From: Thermoplasmatota archaeon
GTDB taxonomy: Archaea > Thermoplasmatota > Poseidoniia > Poseidoniales > Thalassarchaeaceae
Assembly: GCA_036154155.1 (NCBI GenBank)
Contig: JAYZLP010000023.1
Coordinates: 3,056 to 67,055 of the forward strand
Length of the DNA stretch: 64,000 nucleotides
Reading direction: 5' to 3'
Shown: in pieces, positions 47,153 to 55,492 of the stretch
Position numbering within the stretch: the first letter of the stretch is position 1
Layout of the letters: each line of letters begins with the position of its first letter
Made by a program: the position numbers and the translations under genes
Notes under the pieces: generated by a model
The model's database searches: none
What the model was told of the DNA's origin: nothing
The model's input: the letters and a program-made list of their open reading frames with translations, nothing else

Positions 47153-48100
47153 TCAGACACTGTTGATGATGTCGCGAGCTTGTGCGGCAATCTCGTTCCT
47201 AGTTAGGCCCATGTGGTGCATTAGTTCGGAGCTCCCCCCACTCTCCCCAAATCTGTCATCTACTCCAACCATTCGAAGTGGGAAGCCTCCCTTGGTTGAA
47301 AGGTACTCAGCAACAGCACCGCCGAGACCGCCGATAACTGAATGGTCCTCTGCAGTGACAATACCGAGACAATTTTCCCTGACATCATCCAGTAATCCCG
47401 TATCCAGTGGCTTAATCGTGTGCATATCAATTACACGAGCACTGATCCCCTCTCCCTCAAGTAATTCCGCTGCCTCCATTGCCTCTGAAACCATAACCCC
47501 GCAAGCTACTATGGCAATATCCCCACCTTCTCTTAGTAGCGACCCCTTGCCAATCTCTAGTGTTTTGACCGTTTCAGAGTCATACATTCTCGGGGTCTTA
47601 TTTCTAGCGGTTCTAGTGTATGAAGCATTACTATGCTCTAGAAGTTGTACGGTGAGCTCCTCTGCTGATAGGTCATCACAGGGAGTGATGACGGTCAGTC
47701 CGGGGATCGTCCTGTAAATTGCTAGGTCCTCTATGGATTGAGCACTACTCCCGTCGGTTCCGGTATGTATCCCACCATGGCTTCCGCATATGTGTACGGC
47801 TAGCCCCGGTCTGGATATGCCGTTCCTGACTTGTTCAAATGCGCGCTCAGTGAAAATGGCAAAGGTGCTAGCAAATGGAACCTTGCCAGATGATGCCATG
47901 CCTGCTGCAACCAGCATCATGTTTTGTTCCGCGATTCCGAGGGAGACAGTTCTTTCAGGATGTTCGGCTCTGAATAGGCAGGATTTGGTAGATTTACCAA
48001 GATCAGCCTCAAGGACGACTACTCTGGGGTCAGCGGACAGCCTCAGGAGTGCGGAGCCGTACCCGTCCCTGGATGCACCTCCCGTGGACGGAGCACTCAT
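47153..48100 (-). CDS. tktB: Transketolase, C-terminal section (split form)
   Basis: Pyrimidine-binding and C-terminal domains (AFASTFAIFTERAFEQVRN, GSHGGIHTGTDGSSAQ). Confidence 0.85.
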   Translation of the reverse strand: MSAPSTGGASRDGYGSALLRLSADPRVVVLEADLGKSTKSCLFRAEHPERTVSLGIAEQNMMLVAAGMASSGKVPFASTFAIFTERAFEQVRNGISRPGLAVHICGSHGGIHTGTDGSSAQSIEDLAIYRTIPGLTVITPCDDLSAEELTVQLLEHSNASYTRTARNKTPRMYDSETVKTLEIGKGSLLREGGDIAIVACGVMVSEAMEAAELLEGEGISARVIDMHTIKPLDTGLLDDVRENCLGIVTAEDHSVIGGLGGAVAEYLSTKGGFPLRMVGVDDRFGESGGSSELMHHMGLTRNEIAAQARDIINSV

Positions 48101-48981
48101 GATAGCTCCTCCAATGCCTTTTCCAACTCCTCGTCATTGGGAGCTTTCCCATGGAATGATGGATTATCCTCCATGAATGAAACGCCCTTGCCCTTTACAG
48201 TGTGAGCAACAATAGCTGATGGCCCGGTGTGCGTATTGGATGCCCACTCCAAGGCCTGGACAATTTCCCCCATATCATGGCCATCAATTTCCCTGACATT
48301 CCATCCGAAGGCCTCAATCTTTGACGCTACATCGCCGACTTCCATCTGTACATTTACAAAGTCATCATTCTGGATCCTATTCCTGTCCACAATCAGCTTC
48401 AATCCTGATACACCATGGAAGTCGGCTGCCATCATAGCCTCCCATATCTGCCCCTCCTGTATCTCACCATCGCCTACCATGACCCACGTCTCTCTATTGC
48501 TAGAGTCCATCCTAGCAGCCAACGCGCATCCAAGGCCGAATGACAGACCCATGCCTAAGCTTCCAGCGGAGAAATCTACACCATCCGTCCACTTCATGTC
48601 TACATGCCCTTGACAAACAGAGCCAAGTGTCCTGAAGGTAGACAGGTCATTCTCGTTCAGAAATCCCATTTCGTGCAGTATGGAGTAAACGGCAGGACTT
48701 GCGTGTCCCTTGCTCATTACGAAACGGTCCCTATCTTCCCAATCCGGTTCGCTGGTCTTGAACCTTAGTCGTGTACCGTACAGTGCAGCAATAATGTCAA
48801 TCGCCGAGAGCGATCCCCCTGGATGCCCCGCACCGGCATTATGAATCATTTTGACTATGTGCTTCCTGCAGTCGTTTGACAGTTCTTCCAGCTCGGGGAT
48901 TGACAGGTTCCGGCGCCCGGCATCCCCTCCCATGATACTCCTACTGAATCTAACTAATGATGATTTCCGGACACGGAACAC
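48097..48981 (-). CDS. tktA: Transketolase, N-terminal section (split form)
   Basis: TPP-binding GHPGGSLS. The stop overlaps the start of the C-terminal section, the arrangement typical of split transketolases. Confidence 0.85.
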   Translation of the reverse strand: MFRVRKSSLVRFSRSIMGGDAGRRNLSIPELEELSNDCRKHIVKMIHNAGAGHPGGSLSAIDIIAALYGTRLRFKTSEPDWEDRDRFVMSKGHASPAVYSILHEMGFLNENDLSTFRTLGSVCQGHVDMKWTDGVDFSAGSLGMGLSFGLGCALAARMDSSNRETWVMVGDGEIQEGQIWEAMMAADFHGVSGLKLIVDRNRIQNDDFVNVQMEVGDVASKIEAFGWNVREIDGHDMGEIVQALEWASNTHTGPSAIVAHTVKGKGVSFMEDNPSFHGKAPNDEELEKALEELS

Positions 48982-49126
48982 TCCTTGTCAGACAATTCTT
49001 ATCACATGCCTCTAGGTGTCAATACACATGGTGGCGGAGGTCATGCCGCTATCTGGAAATCTAGAATGGCGCGAAAGGCTTTCCATGATGCCGGTCCCAC
49101 TGGCTGTATCTTCCGACCCTTTGACC

Positions 49127-50239
49127 ATGTCTTGCCTAAATTCCCTAATCGAGGAAGGAAGAGTTTCTCGTAACCAGGGGATCAAGTTATTCGAGAATCC
49201 GTCTCTTTCCTCCGTCACATCACTCGCAAACATGGTAAAGAAGTCCAGATACGGGGATAACGTATTTTTCAATGAGAATCTACATGTTAACACTACCAAT
49301 ATCTGTGTCTTAGCATGCCGTTTTTGCGCATTCAGGAAGGGACCTAGGCATCCCGATGCTTACGAATTGGACAAAGACGAATACCTGGGTAGGATAAGGC
49401 CATTTTCAGGCTCCATTGATGAAGTTCACACAGTAGGTGGCCTCCATCCAAATTGGGATGTCGAGGACTATTGCAGGCTGTTTTCTGCTACCAAATTAGA
49501 ATTCCCGCACATCCATATCAAGGCTCTAACAGCCGTTGAGATCAAACACCTCTCTCAACGATCCTCATTGCCCGTCAAGGAGACGCTCTCATTGCTCTCC
49601 GAAGCAGGGTTGGACTCGCTCCCCGGTGGCGGTGCTGAGATACTAGTTGACCACGTTAGAGACAGGATATGCATGGGCAAGGAGTCCTCCCGGGAATATC
49701 TCGATATCCATTCAATAGCCCATGGTATAGGCATGCCAACAAATTGCACAATGTTATTTGGCACAGTCGAAACAATCGAAGACAGGGTCGAGCACCTCAT
49801 ACGACTGAGGGAGCAGCAGGATATCAGTGAGGGATTCCAGTGCTTCGTCCCATACCCTTTCCTCCCTGACAAAACGAGGCTGCCGGAGGCTCAACTAGCG
49901 ACTGGTAGCGAGATCATTAGGGTAATTTCCCTATCTAGGATAATGTTGGACAACATTCCCCACATTAAGGCATACAGGATGAATATAGGAGACAAGCTAT
50001 CGTCATTGGCACTCACGTGCGGTGCGGACGATATTGATGGAACGGTCGGCCACGAAGAAATTATGCACGTTGCTGGAAGCTCTACTAGGCTTGACACGAG
50101 CTCTGACCAGCTAGCAGCATTGGTATCTTCTACTGGCTCGATTCCTGTTAAAAGAAACTCTAACTACTCCACATTCGAGCTCTATACGACTAATAATCCC
50201 TCATTCTCGAGAGTTCTGCCTCAGATAGCCATAAATTAG
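49127..50239 (+). CDS. mqnC: Radical SAM enzyme of the MqnC/MqnE (futalosine pathway) family
   Basis: NENLHVNTTNICVLACRFCAFRK is the CxxxCxFC radical-SAM motif in its MqnC/E/CofH-type context. About 370 aa from the MSCLNSLIEEG start. I cannot assign MqnC versus MqnE by eye. Confidence 0.65.
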   Translation: MSCLNSLIEEGRVSRNQGIKLFENPSLSSVTSLANMVKKSRYGDNVFFNENLHVNTTNICVLACRFCAFRKGPRHPDAYELDKDEYLGRIRPFSGSIDEVHTVGGLHPNWDVEDYCRLFSATKLEFPHIHIKALTAVEIKHLSQRSSLPVKETLSLLSEAGLDSLPGGGAEILVDHVRDRICMGKESSREYLDIHSIAHGIGMPTNCTMLFGTVETIEDRVEHLIRLREQQDISEGFQCFVPYPFLPDKTRLPEAQLATGSEIIRVISLSRIMLDNIPHIKAYRMNIGDKLSSLALTCGADDIDGTVGHEEIMHVAGSSTRLDTSSDQLAALVSSTGSIPVKRNSNYSTFELYTTNNPSFSRVLPQIAIN

Positions 50240-50253
50240 GTCAGGTGCAAATT

Positions 50254-51054
50254 ATGAGTTGGATGGATGTGATAGGCAGGGTCTCATTCGCGAATTGTGA
50301 TCCAATTTTCGATGGATTGGATGAGAAGTGGTCTGTTCTCTCGGCTCCACCCGCTTGGCTAACCGGGCATGTTCTCAGAAAGGACTGCCTGACGGCACCC
50401 ATACCAGCTGCTGACTACGCGTTGCACCATGACGAGCTTTTCCTCCTCCCTGACCTGGGGATTGTTAGTAGCGGGGATGTAGGATCCGTTCTTCTGTTCG
50501 GGTCAAGGCCTCTGGAAAGCATGAGGGATATCGCACTACCTTCCGACTCCTCCACATCCAAGGTACTACTCAGATGGGCACTCGGTAATAGAGGCCTAGA
50601 TCCAAAATTCGTCGATTCTGGTCCAGATATAGATACAATGCTGGCAAAATGCGATGGGGCCTTGCTTATCGGTGACCGTTCACTTTTGGCTTCAAGGGAG
50701 TACCCCGATTTAGTACAATTGGATCTTGGGCGTGAATGGAACGAATCCACTGGTCTGCCAATGGTCTTCGGCGTGTTTGCAGCTAGACGCGACACGCCGA
50801 TAAATCACTTGATGGGGGCATACGATGATATGATTTCTCAGCTGGAGAAATTCGAGACTGATGATTCATGGAGGGCTAGTGTTGTTTCCAGGACATCTGA
50901 GAAATTAGGATTCCCTTACTCTAGAATGGACGACTATTTTCGGCGCGAGGTAAGGAATAGGATGAATGACAGGGATGTCGAAGGATTGACGACCTTCCTG
51001 GAAATTGCCTGCGGATTGGAAGATGTTCCGCATTGGGCCTTTCATTCGGAATAG
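50254..51054 (+). CDS. mqnA: Chorismate dehydratase MqnA-like
   Basis: The N-terminal VIGRVSFANCDPIFDGL resembles the MqnA 'lrIGrIsYLNxlPLf' signature. The fold is periplasmic-binding-protein-like. Confidence 0.55.
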   Translation: MSWMDVIGRVSFANCDPIFDGLDEKWSVLSAPPAWLTGHVLRKDCLTAPIPAADYALHHDELFLLPDLGIVSSGDVGSVLLFGSRPLESMRDIALPSDSSTSKVLLRWALGNRGLDPKFVDSGPDIDTMLAKCDGALLIGDRSLLASREYPDLVQLDLGREWNESTGLPMVFGVFAARRDTPINHLMGAYDDMISQLEKFETDDSWRASVVSRTSEKLGFPYSRMDDYFRREVRNRMNDRDVEGLTTFLEIACGLEDVPHWAFHSE

Positions 51055-51521
51055 TTGAGCCTCTTGCTGGCAACCCATTCTAGGAGGTCTAATGCGACCT
51101 CGCAAGATTCCGCTACAACGATGTCCCTATCGTCCTTGAACTCTTCAAGGACACCCAGTGCCTTCCTATCTCCTATCGCACCCAATGCTTCTGCAGCCTC
51201 GTGCCTAACCATGACATCCTCTTCCATGTCTCGCAGCCTCTCAATTAGGTGTGGAACTGCATGAGAATCTTGCATTTGCCCCATCACATATGCAATTTCA
51301 TGCTTCAGTAGTGCTGAATCTGATGTGAATGCCGCAGCAAGGGCCTCTACGGAGTCCTTGCCACCAATATTCCTCAACGCGAATAGTGCCCTCATCCTCT
51401 GAAACATCCTCTCTTTCTCGTCGCAAATCGTCTTCCTAAGGCTAGGAACATCAGAATCGCTGCTAGGAGGAGCAGGATCTACTGAGTCGAACTCACTCAT
51501 CTCCGGCTTTTCACCATTCAT
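51042..51521 (-). CDS. Half-size deoxyhypusine-hydroxylase-like HEAT-repeat protein with two His-Glu motifs
   Basis: 159 aa. SVDPAPP...RMRALFALRNIGG...SALLKHEIAYVMGQMQD...PMVRHEAAEALGAIGD...VVAESCEVALDLLEW aligns block for block with one half of eukaryotic DOHH as I recall it. Both HE metal-ligand dyads are present. The ATG directly abuts the mqnD TAA stop. Confidence 0.6.
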   Translation of the reverse strand: MNGEKPEMSEFDSVDPAPPSSDSDVPSLRKTICDEKERMFQRMRALFALRNIGGKDSVEALAAAFTSDSALLKHEIAYVMGQMQDSHAVPHLIERLRDMEEDVMVRHEAAEALGAIGDRKALGVLEEFKDDRDIVVAESCEVALDLLEWVASKRLNYSE

Positions 51522-52382
51522 TTACTCACCCGATCCAATGAATATTATTGAGTCCACATCTAGTGTTTCCCTAACCATTCCGATTCTTTGCCCCTCCTTC
51601 AGAAATAGGCGTATTGCATCCCTGCCGTCCTCTCCGTAGTCTAGAGTCCTTTCGTTGACATACATCCCAACAAATTCCCTATTCGTGTCATCGTCTATCC
51701 CCCTGCCCCACGCTTTTGCGAATTCAAGGGCTGCGGTCGGGTTAGCTAACGAATGCTCGATGCTATTCCTGACATCAGCAGTAAGTTGTTCGCACAACTC
51801 AACACCAAGGTCCTTCCTCACGACATTTCCGCCCAGGGGTAGCGGTAGACCTGTGTGCTCATTCCACCACACCCCTAGATCCAAAACCAACTTTACCCCT
51901 TCTGACTCCCATGTCAACTGACCTTCATGAATTATCAATCCCAAATCGTACTTTCCCTCGGATACTCCTGGGAGAATTTCATCGAATGGTACCACCTCTA
52001 TGTCGACATCTCCCCATGCCAGCCTCAATGCCAGATATGCGCTCGTCCCCAGTCCGGGTATTGCAATCTTCGTTCTCCTAGCCTCTTCAATGGACATGTC
52101 TCTGTTAGAAATTAGCATAGGGCCATAACCCTCTCCCATAGAAGCGCCACAGTTCATCAGATGGTACTTATCGGAAATCTCCGGGAATGAATGGATGCTT
52201 ACTGCTGAAACTTCATACTCACCAAGGAGGGCGTGTTTGTTCAGGGTCTCAATATCAAGAAGTACATGTTCATACTCTCTGTCACCAGTATCGATAGCCC
52301 CTGTTGTCATCGCATGAAACATGAATGCATCATCGGGATCTGGGGAATGGCCAACTCGGTACGCCCCCGCCTTACTACTCAT
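51522..52382 (-). CDS. mqnD: MqnD-like (1,4-dihydroxy-6-naphthoate synthase family)
   Basis: YRVGHSPDPDDAFMFHAMTTG matches the MqnA/MqnD-family N-terminal signature (SPxxxDxF). The start was trimmed to MSSKAG. Confidence 0.55.
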   Translation of the reverse strand: MSSKAGAYRVGHSPDPDDAFMFHAMTTGAIDTGDREYEHVLLDIETLNKHALLGEYEVSAVSIHSFPEISDKYHLMNCGASMGEGYGPMLISNRDMSIEEARRTKIAIPGLGTSAYLALRLAWGDVDIEVVPFDEILPGVSEGKYDLGLIIHEGQLTWESEGVKLVLDLGVWWNEHTGLPLPLGGNVVRKDLGVELCEQLTADVRNSIEHSLANPTAALEFAKAWGRGIDDDTNREFVGMYVNERTLDYGEDGRDAIRLFLKEGQRIGMVRETLDVDSIIFIGSGE

Positions 52383-52470
52383 GTGCCTTCGGTATGGGAC
52401 GCATAGAAAATTCCTTTCCTGCTGAATTGTGTATGGCAACAGTGAATAGCCATCGCTCGGTCCCAGATTT

Positions 52471-52668
52471 GTGCCTGACCCGACCAAACTATCAACCGCT
52501 ACTGGTCAACTCGGGCCTATATGCGCAGTTACAGGGAAGGCACTGACGTTCTCGGAGGCGATCGTCGTCGATGACAGATTCGTTTGCTACGAGGCATACC
52601 TCGAATTAACGGGCAACGAGCCAGCTACGGACTCAAAGGAAGTACCTACCAGCCTAGTACTGGATTAG
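52471..52668 (+). CDS. Small hypothetical ORF in the mqnD–priS divergent spacer
   Basis: 65 aa with no recognised motif. It is the only ORF in a 320-bp intergenic region. Coding status is doubtful. Confidence 0.2.
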   Translation: MPDPTKLSTATGQLGPICAVTGKALTFSEAIVVDDRFVCYEAYLELTGNEPATDSKEVPTSLVLD

Positions 52669-52706
52669 ATGCACATGTTCATGTGCTAGCCTCCATTCAA
52701 TACCTC

Positions 52707-53885
52707 ATGGCATCCGGATGGAGTAGGTTCGCTCTGAGATTTAGCGAATACTACCAGTCACTGTCAGTTTCAGACATCTGGGCCCCGCCGAGGCTGAGAT
52801 CCAGAGAGTGGATGTTCATCCCATGGGGCAGTAAACCGCCAGATAGGCACAGGGCACTGCCGACAAAGGGAGACCTGTTATCGTACCTCCAAACTAGAGG
52901 CCCCCACTCATGCTTTCACAGTACCGCATATTACGAGGACCCGGGCCAAAGGAAAATGTCTGAGAAGGGTTGGCTAGGTGCGGATTTAATCTTCGACTTG
53001 GACGGTGATCACCTCCCGGGTGTTTCCGATAATGACTTTCCGGGAATGATGGAAAAAATTCAGGAGCAGGCCTGGAGCCTCTGGAACGACTTTCTACATC
53101 CTGAATTCGGTTTCAAGGAGGAGTATGTTCAGACCACCTTCTCTGGTCACAGGGGATTCCATATTCATGTTCGTGATCCAGCATATCTGCATCTTGATTC
53201 GAATGCCAGGAGGGAGCTTGTGAATTACATCACTGGGGTGGGAATTGATGTAAAATCGGTAATGGCTGGACCTGACATTGGTTGGTCCGACAGAATTGAC
53301 TTAGGATTCGATGGGGTGATAGATTCACTATCTTCAATCTCGTCTTCCTCAGAAAACTCAAAACAACTAGTTAGTGAACTCCACTCCAGTCTCAAATCAA
53401 GAAACTTTACCTGTTCCGAGGAACTAATCAGGAGACTGGCAGACGAGTCTTCAAAGGGCGATAGAATAGCACGACTTCGTCACGATAGGAGTAGGACAGT
53501 ATTCACGACCCCCAAGCTCAATGAGACATTCTGGGAGCTAGTCAAAGGCGCCCCACTGGCCGTTGGGGAGACTGACGAGAACGTGACAGTCGATGTCAAG
53601 AGGGTAATTAGGTGGGTTGGCAGCCTCCATGGGAAATCTGGATTGAGGGTTACCGAATTCCCGCTCGAAAGATTGGAACCAGATACGTCAATTTCCTTCG
53701 ATGCACTGTCCAGCACACACGTTTTCAGCACACAGTCATCCATCAAGGTCGAGCTCGTGTCCGACGATGTAACCGCTAGAATCGCTAATCAGGACGTTTC
53801 CGGATCGACTGGAGACGTTTTCGATGTACATGAGGCCATGGCCACATTTTTGTCCCTCAAAGGGTGGGCAAGGACTGTAGAATGA
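52707..53885 (+). CDS. priS: DNA primase small (catalytic) subunit PriS
   Basis: FSEYYQ... ADLIFDLDGDH carries the catalytic DxD. FSGHRGFHIHV is the primase SGxRGxH motif. The start was trimmed to MASGWSRF. Confidence 0.8.
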   Translation: MASGWSRFALRFSEYYQSLSVSDIWAPPRLRSREWMFIPWGSKPPDRHRALPTKGDLLSYLQTRGPHSCFHSTAYYEDPGQRKMSEKGWLGADLIFDLDGDHLPGVSDNDFPGMMEKIQEQAWSLWNDFLHPEFGFKEEYVQTTFSGHRGFHIHVRDPAYLHLDSNARRELVNYITGVGIDVKSVMAGPDIGWSDRIDLGFDGVIDSLSSISSSSENSKQLVSELHSSLKSRNFTCSEELIRRLADESSKGDRIARLRHDRSRTVFTTPKLNETFWELVKGAPLAVGETDENVTVDVKRVIRWVGSLHGKSGLRVTEFPLERLEPDTSISFDALSSTHVFSTQSSIKVELVSDDVTARIANQDVSGSTGDVFDVHEAMATFLSLKGWARTVE

Positions 53886-53945
53886 CCACAACACACTAAC
53901 CTATCCACAGAATATTGAATAGTGTAGAGTTTCGGATTCGTTACA

Positions 53946-54683
53946 GTGGGGCATATGCCAGACGACGAAGAAACCGAAGGTGGGCCTTCAGGGATGCCGC
54001 TTCCGCCGCTTCCCCCAGGCATTGCGATGCCTCCTCCGCCACCCCCCCCTCCACTCCCAGACGAGTCCATAGAGAGTGCAATTGACGAGAATCCGCCCCT
54101 GCCTACATTGCCGAGTCAAGAAGAAGAGTCGGAATCCAATGATTTCCAAGCGCACTGGGAGAAAAGAAAGCTTGAGGAGTCGACCGAGTCATCCGGCAAT
54201 AGGGATAGCATGTACGGCCATATTGATAGGATATCTTCAGGGCAGGTCGGAACTTTGTTAGATAGATTTTCGGATAGATTCGGCTCCGAATTGGATAGGG
54301 AAATTATCGTTCTTAGGAAGAAGCAGCAACAGGATATGCTGGCAATCAAGCCCATTGTAGAGCTCATCTCCGCACCAGAATCTGATGATGACGCGATTGA
54401 AGAGAGCGAGGATGATGAGTTCCCAGAATTTTTCTCTATAGTCAATGAACTGTTAGGAAATATGCCCGAGGAATTCGTTCAGGAGTTCATAGAGTCGGAA
54501 TCATTCGAGCTTTTCCAGAATGTGGGTGAAGACCCATCAGGTTGCGATCATGACACCAGGAGCGAGTTTTTCACCATGATTAATTCAGTTCTAGGAGACC
54601 TTCCCGAGAGCGAAATTAATGACTTCGTTGCTTCACCTGGGTTCCAAGTCTTTCAACGAATGAGTGAGTTATACGGAGAGTGA
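53946..54683 (+). CDS. Hypothetical highly acidic protein with a poly-proline tract and an internal tandem duplication
   Basis: PLPPLPPGIAMPPPPPPPPLPDE, then two copies of a module of about 35 aa (EFFSIVNELLGNMPEEFVQEFIESESFELFQNV / EFFTMINSVLGDLPESEINDFVASPGFQVFQRM). Confidence 0.5.
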   Translation: MGHMPDDEETEGGPSGMPLPPLPPGIAMPPPPPPPPLPDESIESAIDENPPLPTLPSQEEESESNDFQAHWEKRKLEESTESSGNRDSMYGHIDRISSGQVGTLLDRFSDRFGSELDREIIVLRKKQQQDMLAIKPIVELISAPESDDDAIEESEDDEFPEFFSIVNELLGNMPEEFVQEFIESESFELFQNVGEDPSGCDHDTRSEFFTMINSVLGDLPESEINDFVASPGFQVFQRMSELYGE

Positions 54684-55491
54684 TGATTTGGGTCTATTGG
54701 AGAAGGCAGGAAAGATTGCGGATGATAATACTGGCGATGAGGAAGCACCTGCTGCAGTTCCCGCAACTGTAGTTTCGGACCCTGAACCAGTTGCAGTAAA
54801 GCCGAAGAAGGAAAAGAAGGCTAAGAAGCCTAAGAAGCAGAAGAAGCCGAGGGCAAAGAAGCAGAAGAAGCCCCGATCCTCGGTAAAAGAGCTACCGGAT
54901 GGCTTCGAGCTTGCAGGACGTGGGAGGAGTTCACTGAGGTTCATAGTAGACTTCACAGTCAACTTCGGCCTAATCATAGGACTAGTTGTATTTGGACTGG
55001 TCTTGACATATACCGACATTACATGGCCGTTGGTCTTGGTCCTTCTTCTTTCGATATTCAATATGGCGGTAATGCCCATCCAATACAAGAGTTCGATGGG
55101 CAATGTCATCTCTCGAACAAAGTTCATCAACTCACGCGGCGATTCCGCGATCTTCCTCTATCATATGTTGAAGAACATCAACATTCCAGCCTACCTGATT
55201 TTCTTCGGGGGACTTCTAATTGCTATATCTGCAGGCACTGTATGGACAACAGCAACAAAAATCACCGTTGGGCTATCAATCTCTATTATCCTAATTCCAT
55301 TCCTGGATTGGATATTCCGCAGGACGAGGAAGGATAACCTAGGTTTGTGGGAGGTGGCCTTTGGAGGAGTGTGGCTAGTCAGATCGACTGAAACAACCAG
55401 TGACGGCTCTAAGTTCATGAAGCGGCTGGAGTCAATGGCTCAGTATGCAGAGACCAAGGGTTTCGTTGATGACGAGGACGATGAGTCCTAG
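54664..55491 (+). CDS. RDD-family membrane protein with a lysine-rich N-terminal tail
   Basis: A KPKKEKKAKKPKKQKKPRAKKQKKPR tract is followed by the RDD-like GRSSLRFIVDFTVNFG, three or four TM helices and NLGLWEVAFGGVWLV. GTG start. It overlaps the stop of the acidic-protein gene. Confidence 0.5.
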   Translation: MSYTESDDLGLLEKAGKIADDNTGDEEAPAAVPATVVSDPEPVAVKPKKEKKAKKPKKQKKPRAKKQKKPRSSVKELPDGFELAGRGRSSLRFIVDFTVNFGLIIGLVVFGLVLTYTDITWPLVLVLLLSIFNMAVMPIQYKSSMGNVISRTKFINSRGDSAIFLYHMLKNINIPAYLIFFGGLLIAISAGTVWTTATKITVGLSISIILIPFLDWIFRRTRKDNLGLWEVAFGGVWLVRSTETTSDGSKFMKRLESMAQYAETKGFVDDEDDES

Positions 55492-55492
55492 A

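Noticed and set aside
48985-49173. A 62-aa ORF in the tkt–mqnC spacer
   Set aside because: It overlaps the likely true mqnC start region in another frame. It has a Gly/His-rich composition and is not conserved-looking.
54781-54860. An apparent tandem DNA repeat (aagaagcagaagaagcc...)
   Set aside because: It is a coding low-complexity repeat that produces the KKPKKQKK tract of the RDD protein. It is not a CRISPR array or a mobile-element repeat.
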